This document shows positions 45,615 through 54,896 of a stretch of DNA of 64,000 nucleotides, in pieces. Made by a program: the position numbers and the translations under genes. This DNA is from Myxococcota bacterium (lineage in GTDB: Bacteria > Myxococcota_A > UBA9160 > UBA6930), in assembly GCA_965223415.1 (NCBI GenBank), contig OZ245002.1, forward strand, positions 3,040,001-3,104,000. Direction: 5' to 3'. The notes beneath the pieces are model-generated. The model was not told the DNA's origin. It ran no database searches and was given only the letters and a program-made list of their open reading frames with translations. Numbering within the stretch: position 1 is the first letter of the stretch; each line of letters starts with the position of its first letter.

Positions 45615-48600
45615 CTACCCCCGCAACCGGCGCCGCACCGCGCCTAGCACCGCCAGGACCGGCAGCAGCTCGGCCCCGAGCCCGCAGGCGCTCGTGAAGC
45701 GCTTCTCCTGGTTCCCCGCCGGATCGTTCCCGCACTGGGGATCCGGCGAGCCGCTGCCTCCGCCGTCCCAGTCGATGAGGCCGTCGCCGTCGTCGTCGAC
45801 GCCGTTCGAGCACTGGGGCGGGACCACCGTCCAGACGAAGCTCGTGGCGGCGACGGCCGGACCGTCGGACACGCCGACGATGACGGTGTAGACGCCGTCG
45901 GCGCCCAGGTCGGGCGGGCCCTCGATGCGGCTGGTGGCTTCGTTCCAGCTGGTGCCGGGCGGCAGGCCCGAGGCTTCGACATGGAGCAGGTCGCCGTCCG
46001 GGTCCGCGGTCGCAACGGGGATGAACAGGGGCTGGGCGGCAGCGCTCAGCTGCGGTGCGATCGGCGCGATCGCCGGAGGCGCGTTCACGATCGGCACCGG
46101 CGGCTGGAGGTAGAGGCGGCCCGGGGGAATCTGGGATTTCGTGACGCCCGGGCCCTCCCAGGACACGTCCAGCACCTGCTGGCCGCCGCGCTCGAAGAAG
46201 GTCACCTCGATGGCGTGGGGTCCCGCGGTCAGGCCCAGGACCGTGCCCGAGGCCTCCTGGGTCGCGTGCAGGCCGTCGTTGTCGACGACGAGGACATCGT
46301 CGATCAGGAGCTGGCTGCCGTCGTCGGAGCTCGTGTAGAAGGTCCAGTCGCCGGCCGTCGGTACGTCGACCCAGGCGGTGAAGCGGAAGGCGAAATCGTC
46401 GTCGCGCAGCCGGGGAGAGATGTCGAAGGTGTCGACGCTGCCGATCGTGATCGGGGTCTCGGCGTCGAAGTCGGGCAGGACGCTCAGGCCCGTGATCTCG
46501 AAGTACTCGTAGTCGACGCCGATGCGCGGGAAGGCCGGGTCGATGCGGAGGATCCAGTCGTACAGCCGATCGAGGCCGGGCTGGTGCACGAGGCCCTTCA
46601 GGAGCGGCGGCATGGCGATCGGGCCCAGGGCGGCGGCGCGCTGCAACGCGATCGAGGTCATGGGATTGCCGGGCGTCACCACGTGGGCATCGGGCACGCC
46701 GAGGTCGTCCATCACCGGGCCCCACACGAGGCCCTGGCTCTCGACCGGGGTGGTGTAGCGCGCGTCGAACACGGCGCGGTTGGTGGTGCCCGGCTGGTGA
46801 CACGCGGCGCAGTTGGCGTCGAGCCAGGAGCGCGCCCGATTCTCGAGGGACGCGGTGACGTCTTCGAGGACCGGCGCGGCCGGGTAGGTGGGAATCTGTG
46901 CCTCCATCAGGGATGGCGTGAAGAGGCCGAGGTGGTTCCAGGTGCGGAGCTGGTTGTCGCTGCGACCGGTGGCCGGGTACGTGAGGGATCGGTTCAGTCC
47001 GTGGGTGCGGGGGCCCAGCGGGCGTCCCGGTGAGAAGCCGTGGCACGAGCGACAGTCGAGGCGGCTCGGGAAGGTCCAGGTCTGCTGGCGCGTTCCGCCG
47101 CCGATGGTCGCGATGTCGACGATGCGGGTCTCGCGAGCCGTCAGCAGATAGGCATCGGTTCCGTCCTCGAGCCAGCGGTAGGCGAGCCCGTACCACTCGC
47201 TGTCGTTTCCCCGCACGAGCAGGCGCGTCTCGAGCCGGGTCGTCTGGATCGGGTCCGCGTCGTCCACGCCCAGCTCGAAGTGCTTCATCAGCACGGAGCC
47301 GTTCGGGAAATCCCAGTCCCCCGTCTCCGACCACGCGATCTGCTCGCCGGGCTGATCGTGCGTGCCGTCGTTCGGCACCGCCGCCCAACGCTGCTTCAGG
47401 GCGTCGTCGGACCAGAACGGGACCGGCTCGAAGGGGACGAAGAAGGGCGCAGGCTGCAGGCTCCCGAGATCCGCGAAGGCGCCGATCTGGGAGAGCCAGG
47501 GCGGCGCGTCCGCCGGCGGACCGGAGAGGCGCACCAGGGACTGGAGGGGAACCGTGCCCGCGACGCTGCCCAGGAGGATCTCTCCCTGTCCGTCCTGGCC
47601 GAAGGTGCCGAGGGCGCCCGGCGCGAAGGTGGTGAGGAGCTCCTTCGTCGCCGTCATCGACACCGGGTCGAGGGTGATGGCCCAGATGTTCGCGGTGACG
47701 TAGTCGCCGGCGATGTAGCGCCCCTCGAGCTCCGGGAACTGGCTGCCGCGGTAGACGTAGCCTCCGATGATGGCCCGCGCCTCGGCGCGCACGAAGTCGA
47801 TGACCGGGTCCGTCAGGGTGCCGAGCACCACCGGCGGGGCGGAGCGCGGCCCGCTGACGAGACCCTCGCGGAACGGCCATCCGAAGTTGCCGCCCTGGAC
47901 GAGGACATTCACCTCTTCCCGGGTCGAGGCGCCCACCTCGCCGGACCAGAGTCGCCCGGATTCCGGGTCGACGGCGATTCGGTGGGGGTTGCGATGGCCG
48001 ATGGACCAGTACTCCTCGAAGGTCAGTCCGCCGGGAGAAGGCCAGGGGTTCGTGTCCGGGATGCAGTAGTGGCGTCCCGACATCTCGTCCGGATTCCCGG
48101 TGACGGCCTGCATGCGGCGGATGGGCGTGTGGCTGCCCGTAGGACACACCACGGTGTCGTCGGGCTGCACGATTCCATCTACGTCGAGACGCAGGGTGCC
48201 GCCTTCCAGGTTGGTGTCGATCTGCTGGGCCGTGTCGTATCGGAACTGGTCGCCGATCGCGAGGTAGAGGTATCCGTCGTGGCCGAAGACCGGTCCGCCG
48301 CCGCGATGGGAGCCGTTGTAGAGCCGGATGTTCAGCAGGGGTTCTTCGCTGGTCGGGTCGCCCACCAGCACGGCGGCCTGGGCGTCGAAGACCTCGAAGC
48401 GCGACAGACGCAGGTAGGTGCCGAAGAAGCCGCCGGTCGAGCCGCGCGGATAGGCCGGGTCGCAGCTCGCCAGGTCGACCTGTTTCAGGCTGCCGTCCAA
48501 CGGGCAGTGGGAGCTGTAGTAGACGAAGAAGCTGCGCTCGTGGAGGGCGCCGGGGATACCGAAGTCCGGATGGAAGGCCAGGCCGAGGAAGCCGCCGTCC

Positions 48601-48971
48601 CACACCTCGGCGACGCGGTCGGTGAGATCGAGGAAGGGATCCGCCGTCGCGGCCGCCGGGTCGTTCGGGAACGAGACGAGGATGCCCTGCCGCGAGCCCA
48701 CGTAGAGGCGATCCGACGCGGGATTGGTCTCCGCCGGGTTGGCGGCGATGACCAGGGTGTCCACCAGCGGGAGCGAGGGGAAGGCGTCGCCCACGTCCCA
48801 GGTGGAGTTGCCCGGCCCGAGCGGTGTGAGGGAGGGCAGGGCGCCGTTCAGGAAGGCGCCGACCGGGACCGGAGCGTCCAGGCCGTAGGGCTGGGCGCGT
48901 AGCTCGGCAGCGGCTCCCAGGAGCAGGAGCAGGGACGTCCAGGTCAGGAATCGGCGCGGCGGCTTCGGCAT
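45615..48971 (-). CDS. Secreted glucose/sorbosone-dehydrogenase-like propeller + di-heme c + PA14 + Ig-like protein with C-terminal anchor
   Basis: GFLGLAFHPDF, HRGG, GHRNP, GGNFGWP (GSDH); CRSCH and CAACH; FYTSSDDGSQL...DNDGLH (PA14); ASGLPPG (Ig); CGLGAEL-TM-RRR tail. Confidence 0.85.
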   Translation of the reverse strand: MPKPPRRFLTWTSLLLLLGAAAELRAQPYGLDAPVPVGAFLNGALPSLTPLGPGNSTWDVGDAFPSLPLVDTLVIAANPAETNPASDRLYVGSRQGILVSFPNDPAAATADPFLDLTDRVAEVWDGGFLGLAFHPDFGIPGALHERSFFVYYSSHCPLDGSLKQVDLASCDPAYPRGSTGGFFGTYLRLSRFEVFDAQAAVLVGDPTSEEPLLNIRLYNGSHRGGGPVFGHDGYLYLAIGDQFRYDTAQQIDTNLEGGTLRLDVDGIVQPDDTVVCPTGSHTPIRRMQAVTGNPDEMSGRHYCIPDTNPWPSPGGLTFEEYWSIGHRNPHRIAVDPESGRLWSGEVGASTREEVNVLVQGGNFGWPFREGLVSGPRSAPPVVLGTLTDPVIDFVRAEARAIIGGYVYRGSQFPELEGRYIAGDYVTANIWAITLDPVSMTATKELLTTFAPGALGTFGQDGQGEILLGSVAGTVPLQSLVRLSGPPADAPPWLSQIGAFADLGSLQPAPFFVPFEPVPFWSDDALKQRWAAVPNDGTHDQPGEQIAWSETGDWDFPNGSVLMKHFELGVDDADPIQTTRLETRLLVRGNDSEWYGLAYRWLEDGTDAYLLTARETRIVDIATIGGGTRQQTWTFPSRLDCRSCHGFSPGRPLGPRTHGLNRSLTYPATGRSDNQLRTWNHLGLFTPSLMEAQIPTYPAAPVLEDVTASLENRARSWLDANCAACHQPGTTNRAVFDARYTTPVESQGLVWGPVMDDLGVPDAHVVTPGNPMTSIALQRAAALGPIAMPPLLKGLVHQPGLDRLYDWILRIDPAFPRIGVDYEYFEITGLSVLPDFDAETPITIGSVDTFDISPRLRDDDFAFRFTAWVDVPTAGDWTFYTSSDDGSQLLIDDVLVVDNDGLHATQEASGTVLGLTAGPHAIEVTFFERGGQQVLDVSWEGPGVTKSQIPPGRLYLQPPVPIVNAPPAIAPIAPQLSAAAQPLFIPVATADPDGDLLHVEASGLPPGTSWNEATSRIEGPPDLGADGVYTVIVGVSDGPAVAATSFVWTVVPPQCSNGVDDDGDGLIDWDGGGSGSPDPQCGNDPAGNQEKRFTSACGLGAELLPVLAVLGAVRRRLRG

Positions 48972-49090
48972 GGGACGGGGGCGGGCGGCCCCACCTGGCG
49001 CCCAGCCAGGAAGTGGCACCCAGGCCGTGAGAGGTGGCACATCCCCGCGGGGTTCCATCGGGAGCTTCGAGGCGGCATGATCGTGCAGCC

Positions 49091-49609
49091 ATGACGACGG
49101 ACGAACCCATCCCGAGCCGCGCCTCGGGTCGCACCCCGCGCCGGGTCTGGATGCGGCTCGCGCTGCTGTTCAGCAATCCCACCGGGCTGCGCATCGACCG
49201 CTGGCTCGTCGCCACGACCGGGTTCTCCCTGATCAACCAGTTCTACTCCCGTGCGGGGGGCTTCCGGCCGCGCCCCTGTCTGCTGCTGACGACCCGGCAC
49301 CACAAGAGCGGCCGCGCGCGCAGCGTGGTCCTGCCCTACTGCCGCGACGGGGAGGCCTGGCTCGTGGTGGGCTCCCACGGAGGGCGTCCCACCGACGCGG
49401 TCTGGGCCATGAACCTGCGCGCGCATCCCGACGTGGAGATCCGGGTCGGCCGGCGCCGCATCCCGGCGACCGCGCGCGAAGCGGCCGGCGACGAGCGCGA
49501 ACGGGTGTGGGGGATCGTCAGCGAGGGCGGCGCCTACGTCGGATACCAGAAGGCGGCGCACCCGCGGGTCATTCCCGTGTTCGTGCTGGATGCGCGCGCG
49601 GTGAGCTAG
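49091..49609 (+). CDS. Deazaflavin (F420H2)-dependent nitroreductase/quinone reductase (Ddn family)
   Basis: LLLTTRHHKSGRARSVVL, VVGSHGG, WAMNLRAHP, YQKAAHPRVIPVFVL. Confidence 0.85.
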   Translation: MTTDEPIPSRASGRTPRRVWMRLALLFSNPTGLRIDRWLVATTGFSLINQFYSRAGGFRPRPCLLLTTRHHKSGRARSVVLPYCRDGEAWLVVGSHGGRPTDAVWAMNLRAHPDVEIRVGRRRIPATAREAAGDERERVWGIVSEGGAYVGYQKAAHPRVIPVFVLDARAVS

Positions 49610-52600
49610 CGCCCGGGCGCCGCCCGGACCCGATGGGTCAGGCGCGCCGCCAGCCTCCTCGCGTCCGCCATGAGGGTGTAGGCCACCGGCACGACCACCA
49701 GGGTCAGCAGCATGGACGAGGACAGGCCGCCAATGATCAGGATGCCCATCGGGTTTCGCCACTCCGCCGCGTCCGAGGTAGCGAGGGCCACGGGCACCAT
49801 GCCGGCCACGGTGGAGACGGCCGTCATCATCACGGGCCGCAGGCGGGCCGGCCCGGCCTGGCGCATGGCCGCGTGGGGGTCGACTCCCTCGTCGACCCGC
49901 TGGTTGGCGTAGTCCACCAGCAGGATGCCGTTCTTCATCACCAGGCCCATCAACGCCAGGATGCCGATCTGGGCGAAGATGCTGAGCTCGGTTCCGGTGA
50001 CGTAGAGGCCGGCGAAGGCTCCGACGAAGGAGAGCGGGGCGGTCAGCATGATGATCGCCGGTTGGGCGAAGCTGTTGAACTGGCTGGCGATCACCATGTA
50101 GAGCGCCACCAGGGCCATGACGAAGGCGAAGCTCACGTCCGCTGCCGACTCCTTGGCGTGCTCGGTCTGACCGGCGTGCTTGTGGCTCGCGCCGGGAGGG
50201 AAGGTCGCCTCGGCGACGATCCGCTCGAGCCGTGCGATCGCGGTGCCTTCCGCCACGCCTTCCGGCACGTTGGCCAGGAGCTTCACCTGGCGCGCGCGAT
50301 CCCTGCGGTCGATCTGGACCGGCGCCGGGGCCACGGTGAGGGCAGCGACGTTGGCGAGATCGACCAGTGAGCCGTCGCTGGCCCGCACCTGCAGGCGGCC
50401 GATCTCGGCCAGGTCGTCCCGCTGGCTCTCCTCGAGACGCACCCGCACGTCGTGGCGCTCGCCCGCCTCCTCGTAGGTGCCCACCTCCATGCCGCCGATG
50501 AGGGCGCGCACGGTGTCGGCCACCGCGCGCACCGGCGTGCCCAGGTCCGCCGCCCGGCGGCGATCGATCTGCACCTGTACCTCGGGCTTGCCGATCTCGT
50601 AGGAGGACTGCACGTCGAGGAAGTGGGGATCACCGGTCATGCGGGCCACGAGCTCGTCCGCGAGCAGGGCGAGGGCGTCTAGGTCCGGGCCGAGCAGGCT
50701 GTACTCGAGGTCGAAGGAGGTGAAGCCCCCACCTTCGGCCCAGTCCACCTTGAAGACGGTGACCCGTCGCGCCTCGGGGATGGCGGCCCGGAGCTCCGCC
50801 CGCGCCAGGTCCATGATCTCGAACTGGGTCGGCTCCCGTTCGCCCTTGTGGGCGAGCTGCACATAGAGGAGGGCCTCGCTCACCCGTCCGCGCCCGCCGC
50901 CGCCGACGGTGACCGACACGAGCTCCGTGTGCGGAAGCTCCCCCGCGATCGCGGCGGCGCGGGTGCCGACCGCCTTGGCCTGTTGGATGCCCGCACCGGT
51001 GGGCAGCTCGATCAGGGCCTGGTACTCGCCCCGGTCGACCTTCGGGTCGAGGCTCACCGGGACGATGCCGGCCAGCAGGACGCCGCCGGTGGTGGCCGCG
51101 ACCGCGATGCCCAGCACGGCGATCCGGTGGGCCAGCGACCAGTCGAGCAGCCTCCCGTAGAGCCGCTCGAGGGCTGCGTGGCCCCGCTCGAAGAGCCGGT
51201 ACAGCCGTCCGTGGCGCTCGTCCCGCCGAAGCAGCCGCGAGCAGAGCATCGGTGTCAGGGTCAGGGCCACGAGCAGGGACACGATCACGGCGAAGCTGAT
51301 GGCAAGCCCGTACTCGAAGAAGTAGCGCCCGACGAAGCCCTGCATGAAGGCGATCGGGACGAAGACCGAGAGGATCGATAGGGTGCCGGCGAAGAGCGCC
51401 GTCGAGACCACGTCGGTCCCGCGGCTCGCCGCCCGGGTGGCCTCTTCTCCCTCCTGCACCCGCCGGTGGATGTTCTCCAGCACCACGATGGCGTCGTCGA
51501 CCAGGAGCCCGATCGAGACCGACAACGCCATCATCGTGAACATGTTCAGGGTGAAGCCCATGGCGTAGAAGAGCGTGAAGGTCGCGATGATGGAGGTGGG
51601 GATGGCGATCCCCACCAGCAGGGTCGAGCGGAGGCTGCGCAGGAAGGCGAGGGTGGCGAGCATCGCGAGCAGGCCGCCCAGGAGGAGGTCGGTGGCGACG
51701 TCGCGGGCGGCGGACTCGATGAAGCGCGAGTTGTCTCGCGCGAGCACGAGGCGGACACCCTCCGGCGCCTCCGCGCGCAGGGTTTCGAGCTCGGCCCGGA
51801 TGGCGCGCGCGATCTCGACCGTGTTGCGATCGCTCTGCTTGCGCACCGCCAGGGACACGACCGGCAGGCCATCGAGCTCCGCGTAGGTGCGCTCGTCGGT
51901 GAGCCCGTCCTCGACGCGGGCCACGTCGCCGAGGCGCGTCGGCGCACCGGCGCGGTAGGCGACGACCAGGTCCCGGAACTCGGCGACCGCCTCGATCTCG
52001 CCGAGGGTCTTGACCGAGAACTCGGCCGTGCCTCCGGCGGCCTCGAGGCGCCCGCCGGGCACCTGGGCGTGCTCACTGCGGATCGCCCGGGCCACGTCGG
52101 CGACGGTGAGGCCGTAGCTGCGCAGCCGGTTGCCGTCGACCCACACACGGATCTCGCGCTCCCGCCCCCCTTCGATCGAGATCGAGCCCACGCCGGGAAT
52201 GCGCTGGAGCCGCTCCTTCACCACGTCGTCGGCGTAGTCCGTGAGCTCCCGGATCGGCAGCGGGCCCGCGACCATCACCGAGAGGAAGGGCATCGAGCCC
52301 ATGGCGAACTTCTCGACGACGGGGCTGCGCACGTCACGCGGCAGGTCGCCCATCGCGCGGCTCACCTTGTCGCGCACGTCCTGGGCCTTGACGTCGAGAT
52401 CCTCTTCGAGCTCGAACTTCACGATCACGTTCGAGAGGCCTTCGCGGCTCTCGGAGGTGAACTCTTCGATGCCGCCGATTCCCGAGACCTGCTCCTCCAG
52501 GACGTCGGTCACCTCGGTCTCGACGGCCTGGGGCGTGGCGCCGTCGAGGAGCGTGGTGATCGACACGATGCCCGGATCCACCTCCGGGAAGAGATCGACC

Positions 52601-52698
52601 CCTACCCGCGAGAGGGAGACGCCGCCGAAGCCGACCAGGGCCGCGATCAGCATCACGGCGAAGACCGGCCGGCGGATGGCGAGATCAGTGATCCGCAC
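49606..52698 (-). CDS. RND efflux transporter permease
   Basis: 1030 aa; GLLVDDAIVVLEN, KNGILLVD, RLRPVMMT. Confidence 0.95.
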   Translation of the reverse strand: MRITDLAIRRPVFAVMLIAALVGFGGVSLSRVGVDLFPEVDPGIVSITTLLDGATPQAVETEVTDVLEEQVSGIGGIEEFTSESREGLSNVIVKFELEEDLDVKAQDVRDKVSRAMGDLPRDVRSPVVEKFAMGSMPFLSVMVAGPLPIRELTDYADDVVKERLQRIPGVGSISIEGGREREIRVWVDGNRLRSYGLTVADVARAIRSEHAQVPGGRLEAAGGTAEFSVKTLGEIEAVAEFRDLVVAYRAGAPTRLGDVARVEDGLTDERTYAELDGLPVVSLAVRKQSDRNTVEIARAIRAELETLRAEAPEGVRLVLARDNSRFIESAARDVATDLLLGGLLAMLATLAFLRSLRSTLLVGIAIPTSIIATFTLFYAMGFTLNMFTMMALSVSIGLLVDDAIVVLENIHRRVQEGEEATRAASRGTDVVSTALFAGTLSILSVFVPIAFMQGFVGRYFFEYGLAISFAVIVSLLVALTLTPMLCSRLLRRDERHGRLYRLFERGHAALERLYGRLLDWSLAHRIAVLGIAVAATTGGVLLAGIVPVSLDPKVDRGEYQALIELPTGAGIQQAKAVGTRAAAIAGELPHTELVSVTVGGGGRGRVSEALLYVQLAHKGEREPTQFEIMDLARAELRAAIPEARRVTVFKVDWAEGGGFTSFDLEYSLLGPDLDALALLADELVARMTGDPHFLDVQSSYEIGKPEVQVQIDRRRAADLGTPVRAVADTVRALIGGMEVGTYEEAGERHDVRVRLEESQRDDLAEIGRLQVRASDGSLVDLANVAALTVAPAPVQIDRRDRARQVKLLANVPEGVAEGTAIARLERIVAEATFPPGASHKHAGQTEHAKESAADVSFAFVMALVALYMVIASQFNSFAQPAIIMLTAPLSFVGAFAGLYVTGTELSIFAQIGILALMGLVMKNGILLVDYANQRVDEGVDPHAAMRQAGPARLRPVMMTAVSTVAGMVPVALATSDAAEWRNPMGILIIGGLSSSMLLTLVVVPVAYTLMADARRLAARLTHRVRAAPGR

Positions 52699-53797
52699 GG
52701 GCCACGTCCAGGGCCACGGCGGCGCCCTCGGTCACGCTCGGCAGGTTCGGCCCCGCGAGCACGATCTCGCCTTCCGAGAGACCGCGGACCACCTCCAGGC
52801 GCAGGGCGTCGAGCTCGCGGACGGCGACGTCCCGGCGCCGGGCGCGGCCGTCCTGCTCGACGAATACGTAGCGCCGCTCGCCGGCGCCGAGGACAGCCGC
52901 CCGCCCGACGACCAGCGCCGGTCGCGGCTCCGGGAAGAGCTCGGCCTTCGCGAACAGGCCCGGTCGCACGCGGTGCTCCGGATTCTCGATCGGCACGCGC
53001 ACCTCGAAGGCCCGGGAGGCGGGATCCGCCATCGGGTTGACGGTGCCAACGTGCCCGTCGAACACGCCGCCGATGCCGTCGAGCCGCACCCGCGCGGCCA
53101 TGCCCGTCTGCACCTTCCCGACGTGGAGCTCCGGTACCTGGATCACCGCTTCGACGACGTCGACCTTCATGAGCTGCACGACGGCTCCGGGACCGGCCAT
53201 TCCGCCCATGCGCACGCCCTCGTCCACGTAGCGGCGCGTGATCACCCCGGCGTAGGGGGCCGCGACCTCGGTGTCCTCGAGGTTCTGACGAGCCCGGGCG
53301 AGGGAGGCGCCGGCGGCGTCCCGTCGTGCCGACGCGATCTCCCGCATCGTGCGCGCGTCGTCGAGCCGGCCCTGGGAGGCCACGCCCTGGGCGTGGAGGC
53401 GCTGGGCGCGCTCCCAGTCGCGCTCCGCCTTCGCAGCTTCGGCGGCCGAGAGCCGCGCGGCGTGGGTCGCCTCGTCCCGCCCGATCCGGTAGTCGACCTG
53501 ACGAACGGTGAACAGGCGATCACCGGCTTCGACGAGGTCGCCCTCGTTCACGTGGATGGCCTCGACGATGCCCGGGACGACGGGCCCCAGCTCGGTGGTC
53601 TTGTCGGCCACGACCGTGCCCGTGCCGAAGATCGGCTCCACCACCTCCTCGCTGCGCACGACGGCGGCGACGACCGGGAGGGGCGCCGCCTCGACGACGG
53701 GCCGGACGCGGGGCGTGTCCGCCGCCGGGCTGGAATCCCCCGCCCCGCAGGCCGACGCCAGCAGAAGGACAGCGCCCAGGAGCGTTCGTCTCCGCAT
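52685..53797 (-). CDS. RND periplasmic adaptor (MFP) lipoprotein
   Basis: LASAC lipobox, lipoyl/hairpin motifs (VNEGDLVEAGD, APYAGVIT), RPGLFA. Confidence 0.9.
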   Translation of the reverse strand: MRRRTLLGAVLLLASACGAGDSSPAADTPRVRPVVEAAPLPVVAAVVRSEEVVEPIFGTGTVVADKTTELGPVVPGIVEAIHVNEGDLVEAGDRLFTVRQVDYRIGRDEATHAARLSAAEAAKAERDWERAQRLHAQGVASQGRLDDARTMREIASARRDAAGASLARARQNLEDTEVAAPYAGVITRRYVDEGVRMGGMAGPGAVVQLMKVDVVEAVIQVPELHVGKVQTGMAARVRLDGIGGVFDGHVGTVNPMADPASRAFEVRVPIENPEHRVRPGLFAKAELFPEPRPALVVGRAAVLGAGERRYVFVEQDGRARRRDVAVRELDALRLEVVRGLSEGEIVLAGPNLPSVTEGAAVALDVARADH

Positions 53798-54435
53798 CAC
53801 GCCGCGTCCTCGAACAGCCGGGCGATTCCGGCGCGGAGCTCCGTGCCCAGCTTCGCGAGGGAGGCGTGGGGATCCGCTTCCAGGGTCTGCATCAGCACGG
53901 TCGCCACGGATCCCAGCAGGAAGTCCGCGAAGGTCCGCGGCGACACCACGCGCAGTCGCCCGGCGGCGCGCGCCGCCTCTGCCGACCTCTCCACCCACTC
54001 GCTGAACTCGCGGTACACCGCGTGGTCCTGGTCGCCGAGGGTCTGGCGGATCTTCCAGGGGAGCGTCTGGGAATCGCGGACGAACAGCTGGAGGACGGGC
54101 CGGTCCGTCTCGAAGACGCCGCACAGGGCGTCGACCACCGCTAGCAGGCGCTCGACCGGATCCGGAATCCCGTCCACCGCCTCGCCGAGACGGCGGCGGA
54201 TGCCGAGGGACACCTCACGGAGGACGGCCAGGTAGAGCTCCTCCTTGCCGCCGAACAGGGCGTAGATCGTGGAGTTGGAGACCTCGGCCCGGCTGGCGAT
54301 CTCGCCCACCTGGGCGCCGCCCCAGCCCTTCTCGGCGAAGACCGGAGTGGCCGCGGCGAGCACGTCGGCCCGCCGGAGCTCCAGCTCCTGGCGCCTGCGG
54401 GCCTCGCGGGGGGACGGAAGGGCGGGATCAGCCAT
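53797..54435 (-). CDS. TetR-family regulator of the RND locus
   Basis: VFAEKGWGGAQVGEIASRAEVSNSTIYALFGGKEELY. Confidence 0.9.
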   Translation of the reverse strand: MADPALPSPREARRRQELELRRADVLAAATPVFAEKGWGGAQVGEIASRAEVSNSTIYALFGGKEELYLAVLREVSLGIRRRLGEAVDGIPDPVERLLAVVDALCGVFETDRPVLQLFVRDSQTLPWKIRQTLGDQDHAVYREFSEWVERSAEAARAAGRLRVVSPRTFADFLLGSVATVLMQTLEADPHASLAKLGTELRAGIARLFEDAA

Positions 54436-54455
54436 TCCGCGAATGGTAACACGAA

Positions 54456-54866
54456 TTACCCCACCAGCTCGCGGAGCTGGGCGCCCAGCCGGGCGAGGTT
54501 CTGGTGGAAGGCGATGATCCCTGCCGTCCCGCAGATCGCGAAGTTGGCGAGCAGCTCGGGCAGGCGCGGGACCGCCTGCTCGCCTGGCGGGCCTTCCACC
54601 ATCAGCAGCGGCGCTCCCAGGACGGCCACGCACAGCACGACGAGGTTGACGCTGGTCTCGGCCACGGTCACCGCCGGCGCCCAGCCCGGGCGCAGGCGGA
54701 TCAGCGCGAAGCAGCCGAGGCACGCCAGGTAGTAGAGGGCGCGCAGCCCCGGAGCCGCCGCGAAGCCCACCGCGCGCAGGTTGGCGCCCGCCACGCCGTC
54801 GAGCACCGCGAAGGCGATCGTCGCCGCGTAGTAGAGCTCGTGCCAGCCGCGAAGCCGAAGGCGCAT
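54456..54866 (-). CDS. Hypothetical membrane protein
   Basis: About 4 hydrophobic helices; GGGAG SD. Confidence 0.7.
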   Translation of the reverse strand: MRLRLRGWHELYYAATIAFAVLDGVAGANLRAVGFAAAPGLRALYYLACLGCFALIRLRPGWAPAVTVAETSVNLVVLCVAVLGAPLLMVEGPPGEQAVPRLPELLANFAICGTAGIIAFHQNLARLGAQLRELVG

Positions 54867-54896
54867 GCTCCCGGATCGGCGGCCCCGGTCCGCGCC

